Below, one piece after another: positions 7,770 to 12,890 of a DNA stretch of 12,890 bases. Each line of letters begins with the position of its first letter. The stretch's first letter is position 1. Source of the DNA: Thermotogaceae bacterium (GTDB lineage Bacteria; Thermotogota; Thermotogae; Thermotogales; Thermotogaceae); assembly GCA_026993805.1 (NCBI GenBank), contig JALWSA010000053.1, positions 1-12,890 on the forward strand, in the 5' to 3' direction. Under the pieces are notes generated by a model. That model worked only from the letters and a program-made list of their open reading frames with translations, was not told the DNA's origin and did not search any database. Made by a program: the position numbers and the translations under genes.

Positions 7770-8275
7770 GAAGGTTCACCTTCTTTCACCATCTGCTCTG
7801 CAAGTCTTTTGTACTTCTTCACGAGCCTTGGCACCTTATCTGGGCTCATCCTTCCGTAAAAGTCGCTATCCCCTATGAGAACGACGGGAGCCATGGAACA
7901 CGCTCCAACACACCTAACCGCATGCACGGAAAACATTCCATCGGGCGTAACCTGCCCCTCTTCCTTGAGTCCCAGTTCTTCCAAGAACCGTTCCATGACC
8001 CTGTCTCCACCTTTTACATAACACGCCGTACCCAAACAGACCTTTATCTGGATCCTTCCAACGGGTTTTGTGGAGAAGAAGTTGTAGAAGGTTACGACTC
8101 CCATGACTTTGGACTTCGGGATTCTGAGCTTCTGGGCTATGAACTCCATGACATCTTTGGGAAGCCATAAGAAGAGCTGCTGGGCTCTGTGAAGGACATT
8201 TATTAGCATGGAAGGATCGTAGTTTATCTCCTTCATGTAAGCTTCGAGAGCTTCGAAGCGCTTGTCCCTATCCAT
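7766..8275 (-). CDS. NuoE-like thioredoxin-fold [2Fe-2S] ferredoxin subunit (HydC/HndA-like), 169 aa from ATG 8275. The ORF track's TTG at 8314 is probably an over-extension.
   Basis: Motifs VCLGTACYVKGG and VRCVGACSMAPV (C-x4-C...C-x3-C). The ATG at 8275 has SD GAGGGGGTG 8 nt upstream. The TTG at 8314 has none. Confidence 0.9.
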   Translation of the reverse strand: MDRDKRFEALEAYMKEINYDPSMLINVLHRAQQLFLWLPKDVMEFIAQKLRIPKSKVMGVVTFYNFFSTKPVGRIQIKVCLGTACYVKGGDRVMERFLEELGLKEEGQVTPDGMFSVHAVRCVGACSMAPVVLIGDSDFYGRMSPDKVPRLVKKYKRLAEQMVKEGEPS

Positions 8276-8283
8276 AAAAATTG

Positions 8284-8329
8284 CACCCCCTCTTTTCACG
8301 AGAGAGTATACCAAAAATGCGAGGGGGCG
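8284..8329 (-). promoter_or_regulatory. Inverted repeat that pairs the NuoE Shine-Dalgarno sequence with an upstream C-rich anti-SD. 9-bp stem, 28-nt loop.
   Basis: Plus strand 8284-8292 is CACCCCCTC and 8321-8329 is GAGGGGGCG. On the minus-strand RNA that is CGCCCCCUC...GAGGGGGUG, 9 pairs including one G-U. The 3' arm is the SD of the ATG at 8275. Confidence 0.4.
8304..8312 (-). promoter_or_regulatory. Candidate extended -10 (TGgTATACT on the minus strand), 29 nt upstream of the NuoE ATG. It would be an internal promoter for the NuoEF pair.
   Basis: The minus strand reads ...tttTGgTATACTctctcgtgaaaagagggggtgcaatttttATG. The -35 is weak (tctcgc). It lies in the loop of the hairpin described next. 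Confidence 0.3.
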
Positions 8330-8359
8330 AGAAAGGAAAACTACCTTTTTTCAAGTATC

Positions 8360-8533
8360 TCAAATAGAGTAGTAACAACGCTTTGGAACCTTTACCTTAC
8401 CTTCCTTTTTCAGCTCAGACAGGGCTTTAGAAACAGCCTTCTTATCTACTCCAAGTTTCTCTGCTATGTCCCCACTTCTGAGAGGTTTTTGCTCTTTTTT
8501 CAAAATCTCCAAGACCCTTTCTTTTATGTCCAT
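8360..8533 (-). CDS. Small standalone winged-helix DNA-binding protein (BirA-N-terminal/HTH_11-like), 57 aa from ATG 8533. The track's 64-aa form starts inside the SD.
   Basis: Sequence MDIKERVLEILKKEQKPLRSGDIAEKLGVDKKAVSKALSELKKEGKVKVPKRCYYSI. The G(D/E)IAxxLGVxxxxVxKxLxxL helix-turn-helix and the terminal KxxYYSI resemble the BirA N-terminal wing. SD GGAAGGAGGGGTGG 7 nt before ATG 8533. Confidence 0.6.
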   Translation of the reverse strand: MDIKERVLEILKKEQKPLRSGDIAEKLGVDKKAVSKALSELKKEGKVKVPKRCYYSI

Positions 8534-8541
8534 GAAACCAC

Positions 8542-8580
8542 CCCTCCTTCCCAAAATATGGTATCCAAAGAGAAGGAGGG
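8542..8580 (-). promoter_or_regulatory. Perfect 9-bp inverted repeat CCCTCCTTC/GAAGGAGGG with a 21-nt spacer. It sequesters the SD of the wHTH gene.
   Basis: Plus strand 8542-8550 is ccctccttc and 8572-8580 is gaaggaggg. On the minus-strand RNA the 3' arm GAAGGAGGG is the SD of ATG 8533. No U-tract follows, so it is not a typical terminator. Confidence 0.4.
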
Positions 8581-8601
8581 ATAAAAACTGCTTATGTTAC
8601 A

Positions 8602-9501
8602 TCAGCTCTCCTTCTTGAATATCTCGGATATCACACCAAGTGATGAGAGTATAGAGCTCGATTCGTATGGCAGGAAGAGCTTGGTGGCCTGACCGTTTGC
8701 GATCTTTGCAAGTGCGTCGAGATACCTGAGAGCTATTATCTCCTTGTTCGGCTGGCCCTCATGTATGGCTTTGAAGACATTGAGTATGGCTTGGGCCTGA
8801 CCTTCTGCTTCCGCGATGAGCTTGTACCTGTTTGCATCAGCGACTTTCTTTATCGCTTCGGCTTCACCTTCTGCCCTGAGTATCGCGGCGTTTCTTTCAC
8901 CTTCTGCTTTGAGGATCTGGGCTTGCTTTATACCTTCTGCCTCCAGTATCGCCGCTCTCTTGGTTCTTTCCGCCTTCATCTGTTTGCTCATGGCTTCCAT
9001 TATGTCCTTTGGCGGATCTATCTTCTTTATCTCCACCCTCGTTATCCTAACTCCCCACTTGTCCGTGGCTTCATCCAGAACTTCCCTGAGCTTCATGTTT
9101 ATTTTCTCCCTTGAAGTAAGAGTCTGGTCGAGTTCGAGCTCTCCTATGACATTCCTCAGGTTGGTCTGAGCGAGCTTAACGGTCGCCATGTCGAAATTAC
9201 TCACATTGTATATGACCTTGTACGCATCCGTGACCTCGTAGTATATGACGGCATCCACGGTGACAACGACATTATCCTTAGTAATTACCTCTTGCGGCGG
9301 CACATCTATGACCCTTTCCCTCATATCGACCTTTATCATCCTGTCGAAGAACGGGAGGATCATGTGAAGACCCGAACCGACTTCCTTCTTGAATCTTCCG
9401 AGTCTTTCTATAAGCCCTCTCTCGTATGGCCTCACGATCCTTATTGAAGCTGCTGCCAGAATTATCAGGAAGAAAATGATGATAGCCATACCGATTATCA
9501 T
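8602..9501 (-). CDS. SPFH/band-7 (stomatin/prohibitin-like) membrane protein, 299 aa.
   Basis: N-terminal [26 protein letters not shown] core [61 protein letters not shown]-terminal Ala/Glu-rich coiled coil ([37 protein letters not shown]) typical of stomatin/HflC proteins. SD GGAGGTGG. Confidence 0.9.
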   Translation of the reverse strand: MIIGMAIIIFFLIILAAASIRIVRPYERGLIERLGRFKKEVGSGLHMILPFFDRMIKVDMRERVIDVPPQEVITKDNVVVTVDAVIYYEVTDAYKVIYNVSNFDMATVKLAQTNLRNVIGELELDQTLTSREKINMKLREVLDEATDKWGVRITRVEIKKIDPPKDIMEAMSKQMKAERTKRAAILEAEGIKQAQILKAEGERNAAILRAEGEAEAIKKVADANRYKLIAEAEGQAQAILNVFKAIHEGQPNKEIIALRYLDALAKIANGQATKLFLPYESSSILSSLGVISEIFKKES

Positions 9502-9517
9502 AGCAGTCCACCTCCCT

Positions 9518-10012
9518 CTAAAAACCCCTTAAGGACCCAGTAATTGGATCGTAAATGTACCTGAGTTTTCCGTCTTCAATCAAACCCATCTTGACCATTA
9601 GCCAGCCGTTTTCAAAAAGTCCCTGCGGCCTTCCCTTGATAATTCTCGCACATTCTCTGAATATTTTGAAGTAATCTTCATCGAGCTCTCCATGAACAAT
9701 CGGGATGAGCTCGCAGGAATGGCAACCCGACAGCTCCCTCGCTTTATCCACAACATCCTCGTTCCAGTAAAGGTGATAAACCTTGCCTTTGTATTGAAAA
9801 ACCCTTCTTTCCTGATCGAAGGATATATCCGAGCCTTTTTTAAACTTAAACCTCAGATGCTCAGCTCCAAGAGCCCTTTTAACCGAATCCCTGAAAGTCT
9901 CATCCCCGCTCACCGAAACCATATAGAGACGTCTCGACGAAAAGGTGTAGAAAAACACGAGAGCGAGAACAGCTATGAGAGTCCAGAAAAGAAACGAATG
10001 CCTCCCGCTCAT
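9518..10012 (-). CDS. Membrane-anchored hypothetical protein, 164 aa, occupying the position usually held by NfeD upstream of a stomatin gene.
   Basis: One N-terminal TM ([18 protein letters not shown]), then a soluble domain with SGCHSC and a third Cys (FRECARI). It does not look like the beta-barrel C-domain of NfeD. The SD GGGAGTGAAG lies inside the SAHH 3' end. Confidence 0.6.
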   Translation of the reverse strand: MSGRHSFLFWTLIAVLALVFFYTFSSRRLYMVSVSGDETFRDSVKRALGAEHLRFKFKKGSDISFDQERRVFQYKGKVYHLYWNEDVVDKARELSGCHSCELIPIVHGELDEDYFKIFRECARIIKGRPQGLFENGWLMVKMGLIEDGKLRYIYDPITGSLRGF

Positions 10013-10021
10013 AGAGCTTCT

Positions 10022-11236
10022 TCACTCCCAACTCTCGAGGTATTTCTTCTGCTCATCCGTCAGATCATCGATTTCGTATCCAAGCGACATAAGGCTGAGC
10101 CGTGCGACTTGCTCGTCTATGTCCCGAGGCACGGGATATACCTTGTTTTCAAGCTTTGAAGAATTGCTGACAAGATAGAGTATCGAAAGAGCCTGAAGTG
10201 CAAAGGAAAGATCCATTATCTCAACTGGGTGGCCATCTCCCGCTGCAAGGTTCACGAGCCTTCCCTCACCTATGACGAAAACCGTCCTGCCGTTTGGAAG
10301 CTCGTAAGCCATCACATTTGCCCTTGCTTCGTACTTTTTCACTGCGATTTCCTCTAAAGCCTCCATATCTATCTCCACATTGAAATGCCCTGCGTTGGCA
10401 AGTACTGTCCCGTCTTTCATCTCCAAGAAATGTTCCTTCCTTATGATCCCCTTGTTTCCCGTAACCGTCACAAAGAAATCTCCTATTTTTGCGGCATCTT
10501 CCATCTTCATCACTTCGAACCCATCCATGACCGCTTCAATCGCCTTTATAGGATCAACCTCCGTGACTATCACCTTGGCTCCCAGCCCTGCGGCTCTTTT
10601 CGCCACGCCCTTCCCGCACCAGCCGTATCCGGCAACGACAACATACTTTCCCGCAACGAGCAAGTTTGTGTTTCTCATTATCGCATCCCAAGTGGACTGA
10701 CCCGTACCGTACCTGTTGTCAAAAAGGCTCTTCATGAAAGCATCGTTAACGGCTATCGCTGGAACCTGAAGCTTTCCTTCTCTTTCAAGCGCTCTGAGCC
10801 TTCTCACGCCAGTCGTTGTTTCCTCGGTGACTCCTTTAAGATTTTCAAGCACATCCCTTCTCTCGGTGTGCGCCGTCACCGTGAGATCCGCACCGTCATC
10901 TAAAATGTAATCGGGATGGGCATCTAAAACGGAATGTATTCCCTTCCAGTACTCCTTTTCATCGTGCGTTCTCTTGGCAAAAACATTCACTTTCCAATCC
11001 TTCAATGCCTGAGCAACATCGTCCTGCGTGGAAAGGGGATTGCTCCCCGTTATGTAAACATCTGCTCCGAGCTTTTTGAAAGTTACCGCAAGATAAGCGG
11101 TTTTTGCCTCAAGATGAATAGACATCCCTATCTTGAGTCCCGAAAGTGGCTTCTCTTTCTCATGCCTCCTCTGAATTAGATTCAACATCCTCATATACCT
11201 TGAAACCCACTCTATCTTCTTCCTGCCACTGTTCAA
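10022..11236 (-). CDS. ahcY: S-adenosyl-L-homocysteine hydrolase (adenosylhomocysteinase), about 404 aa from TTG 11236. The track's GTG 11266 is probably an over-extension.
   Basis: NAD-binding motif GYGWCGKGVAKRAAGLGAKVIVTEVDPIKAIEAVMDGFEV. N-terminal GRKKIEWVSRYMRMLNLIQRRHEKEKPLSGLKIGMSIHLEAKTAYL matches the SAHH substrate domain. A perfect SD AAGGAGGTGG sits 6 nt before TTG 11236. That TTG overlaps the upstream stop as TTGA. Confidence 0.9.
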   Translation of the reverse strand: MNSGRKKIEWVSRYMRMLNLIQRRHEKEKPLSGLKIGMSIHLEAKTAYLAVTFKKLGADVYITGSNPLSTQDDVAQALKDWKVNVFAKRTHDEKEYWKGIHSVLDAHPDYILDDGADLTVTAHTERRDVLENLKGVTEETTTGVRRLRALEREGKLQVPAIAVNDAFMKSLFDNRYGTGQSTWDAIMRNTNLLVAGKYVVVAGYGWCGKGVAKRAAGLGAKVIVTEVDPIKAIEAVMDGFEVMKMEDAAKIGDFFVTVTGNKGIIRKEHFLEMKDGTVLANAGHFNVEIDMEALEEIAVKKYEARANVMAYELPNGRTVFVIGEGRLVNLAAGDGHPVEIMDLSFALQALSILYLVSNSSKLENKVYPVPRDIDEQVARLSLMSLGYEIDDLTDEQKKYLESWE

Positions 11237-12648
11237 GACGGTCCACCTCCTTTGTAGATCACGCACCTATTTTTACCCGACCTCTTCGCCTCGTAAAGTG
11301 CCTTATCCGCCATCTCTATTATCTCCGTAACGGTCATGCCTTCTCTCGCCTGCGCCACACCTGCACTCATCGTAAGCTTTCCAACGCCCAAAGACTGCCA
11401 ATCGAAGTTTCGAACTCCTTCTAAAATTCTCTCAACGGCTGCCTTAGCTTCATCCTCGCCACTCCCTGGAAAAATGATCAAAAACTCTTCCCCGCCATAC
11501 CTTCCCGCCACATCCGTCTCCCTTATCGTCGAAGAAATTATCTCTCCTATTTTCTCCAAAACCTCGTCACCTTTAACATGCCCATAGGTATCGTTCACCT
11601 TTTTGAAATCGTCTATATCCAGCATCGCAACGGAAAAGATAACCCCCTGCCTTGAGAGGAGCTTCGTGTACTCTTCAAGTTTTGAAAGAACGACCTTTTT
11701 CACCAGAAGACCTGTGAGTGCATCTACATCCGCAGCTATTTTGTAATCCCAGAAGAGATTCATCGTTCTGAAAAGTACACTCAGCGACCCATGAGTATCT
11801 TTTAAAAGTGACACCAATTTTCTCTTTTCCGCCTTATCAAGCCCTTCAAATGCAAGAACACCTAACTCCTCCTCCCTCTTTTCTATAACCCTGTGGTAGC
11901 TCAAAACGGGCTCCTCACCTTCTTTTGAAAATCTCACATTTCCCCCAAGCCTCCAGTCGGATGGGGTTACAGGCTTCCTCAAAACCCCCAAAAGCTTTTC
12001 TTTCAAGATCAAGTGATTTATAGGCTCAAACCGGGCTGAAAAAGCGTATATTCTTCCCATTGAAGGCGTCACCAACATGACGTACATACTCTCTATCTTT
12101 ACGAACTTGAGGAGCATGTTCCATATTCTTCTCATCACATAGCTCTCGTCATCGACTCTTTCAACCAACTCCAAAAAATCTCTGTTTATCTTTTCCTTTC
12201 TGAGCTCTTCGTCTATAACATTGAGGAGCATCTCAACTGTTTCTTTTTCGGAAAGAACCTCAAGGTTTTTCTCCGAGGAAAACTCCACAATTAGAAAATT
12301 CTCCATCTTTTTCTGGGCACTCTCGGGGCCATCGATCTTCTTTATGAAAAGGTCGGCGCCGTACTCCTGTGCCCAATATTCGTTTATCAAATCATCTGAA
12401 AAAGAAACGAGAACTATTCCGGCGTTTTTGAAGGCAGGGTTACTCCTCAAAAATCTCACAACATAGGTTCCATTTACCTTGGGAAGGATGTAATCCACAA
12501 CAACAAGATCTGGCTTGTATTTTATGGCTTTCGTTATGCCTTCAACGCCATCAGAAGCGTGGTAAACCTTGAATCCTCTTTCTTGGAGCATATCGGAGAA
12601 GATCCTTCTCCAATAAGAGTCATCATCGACAACGAGCGCAGTTTTCAA
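11233..12648 (-). CDS. Response-regulator diguanylate cyclase: REC domain, a ~190-aa central domain of unknown type, and a GGDEF domain with an RxxD I-site. About 471 aa from TTG 12648. The track's ATG 12711 has no SD.
   Basis: REC: LKTALVVDDDSYWRRIF...DLVVVDYILPKVNG...LFIKK. GGDEF: IRETDVAGRYGGEEFLIIFPG, which has RETD five residues before GGEEF, the canonical inhibitory-site spacing. SD GGAGGTGAGGGG (plus 12650-12661, reverse-complemented) immediately before TTG 12648. Confidence 0.85.
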   Translation of the reverse strand: MKTALVVDDDSYWRRIFSDMLQERGFKVYHASDGVEGITKAIKYKPDLVVVDYILPKVNGTYVVRFLRSNPAFKNAGIVLVSFSDDLINEYWAQEYGADLFIKKIDGPESAQKKMENFLIVEFSSEKNLEVLSEKETVEMLLNVIDEELRKEKINRDFLELVERVDDESYVMRRIWNMLLKFVKIESMYVMLVTPSMGRIYAFSARFEPINHLILKEKLLGVLRKPVTPSDWRLGGNVRFSKEGEEPVLSYHRVIEKREEELGVLAFEGLDKAEKRKLVSLLKDTHGSLSVLFRTMNLFWDYKIAADVDALTGLLVKKVVLSKLEEYTKLLSRQGVIFSVAMLDIDDFKKVNDTYGHVKGDEVLEKIGEIISSTIRETDVAGRYGGEEFLIIFPGSGEDEAKAAVERILEGVRNFDWQSLGVGKLTMSAGVAQAREGMTVTEIIEMADKALYEAKRSGKNRCVIYKGGGPS

Positions 12649-12738
12649 CCCCTCACCTCCCAACATTTCCGGGAAAATTTTACCATTCTTATCCGCTTGA
12701 AATATCATCATTTGTTATGGTAATATTGAATTTCAAAA

Positions 12739-12767
12739 ATTAGATCGATAGGTGAACTTATTTGTAA
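12739..12767 (-). promoter_or_regulatory. Tentative sigma-70-like promoter for the minus-strand gene train: TTACAA, 17 nt spacer, TCTAAT.
   Basis: The minus strand reads TTACAAataagttcacctatcgaTCTAAT. The -35 is at plus 12762-12767 and the -10 at 12739-12744. This is a weak match, and other hexamer pairs in the AT-rich region are possible. Confidence 0.2.
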
Positions 12768-12805
12768 CATATGTGACGGAAAGTGTATCGGAATGACGTT
12801 GTAAA

Positions 12806-12843
12806 ATATATATGAAAATTCTTGAAAACGGTTTCATATAAAT
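12806..12843. repeat. Nested palindrome in the AT-rich leader region: outer TATATGAAA(12809-12817)/TTTCATATA(12832-12840), inner TGAAAacggTTTCA.
   Basis: I read it directly: atatatatgaaaattcttgaaaacggtttcatataaat. It is the only sizeable non-coding stretch in the window. It lies 100-190 bp upstream of the GGDEF gene's candidate starts (12648 or 12711). Confidence 0.5.
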
Positions 12844-12890
12844 TGCAAAAAACCCATTATGGAGCTGTGACATTGGATAAATGATAAATC

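Noticed and set aside
8293-8320. A Rex-type operator (TTGTGAAnnnnnnTTCACAA) in front of the hydrogenase-like genes.
   Set aside because: The only candidate, tcGTGAAAAgagg, has no matching second half-site. There is no palindrome of the Rex type.
8534-8554. An alternative longer start for the wHTH protein (MGRRGGFMDIK..., 64 aa).
   Set aside because: The extra seven codons are the Shine-Dalgarno sequence itself (atgggaaggaggggtggtttc). The ATG at 8533 is far more plausible.
8761-9169. Two overlapping plus-strand ORFs (117 aa each) with Ser/Ala/Leu-rich low-complexity translations.
   Set aside because: They are the antisense reading of the Ala/Glu-rich coiled-coil region of the SPFH gene. They are a compositional artefact.
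12859-12890. Possible start of a plus-strand gene at the right edge (ATG at 12859 or 12879).
   Set aside because: The ATG at 12859 hits TGA after three codons. The ATG at 12879 has no SD and only 12 nt of sequence. I cannot support it.
1-12890. I looked for CRISPR arrays, tRNA/rRNA genes, IS elements or integrases, and toxin-antitoxin pairs.
   Set aside because: I saw no spaced direct repeats, no 75-nt GC-rich cloverleaf candidates in the three small intergenic regions, and no transposase or integrase motifs in any frame. All non-coding space is accounted for by the promoters and hairpins listed.

Overview
The window appears to be a compact bacterial chromosome segment. Strong GGAGGTG-type Shine-Dalgarno sequences, many GTG/TTG starts and the gene content suggest a Thermotogae-like thermophilic anaerobe. 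About 95% of it is coding, with stop/start overlaps throughout. I find 14 genes in three transcription units. (A) On the minus strand at the left edge: a fold-type-II PLP-dependent enzyme of 472 aa followed by a PAS-domain gene that runs off the window. (B) A plus-strand operon from 1990 to 5967, driven from a divergent promoter with an extended -10: an unrecognised 167-aa coiled-coil protein, an ECF-type sigma factor, a single-pass membrane anti-sigma factor, a secreted 250-aa protein, and a 550-aa radical SAM enzyme with a Cx5Cx2C cluster motif and a C-terminal helix-hairpin-helix domain. (C) A long minus-strand gene train from 12648 to 5955: REC-GGDEF response regulator, S-adenosylhomocysteine hydrolase, a 164-aa membrane protein, an SPFH/stomatin protein, a tiny winged-helix regulator, a NuoE-like [2Fe-2S] subunit, and a NuoF-like flavoprotein with ferredoxin domains (HydC/HydB-like) with no catalytic hydrogenase subunit next to it. 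I see no tRNA, rRNA, CRISPR or mobile element. The most unusual points are: the sigma-factor operon's composition; two consecutive Shine-Dalgarno-sequestering hairpins in front of the wHTH and NuoE genes; a nested palindrome in the only AT-rich intergenic region; and a hydrogenase-type NADH module with no partner, placed behind c-di-GMP, SAH-hydrolase and stomatin genes. Product names come from motifs I read directly in the translations; no database search was possible.
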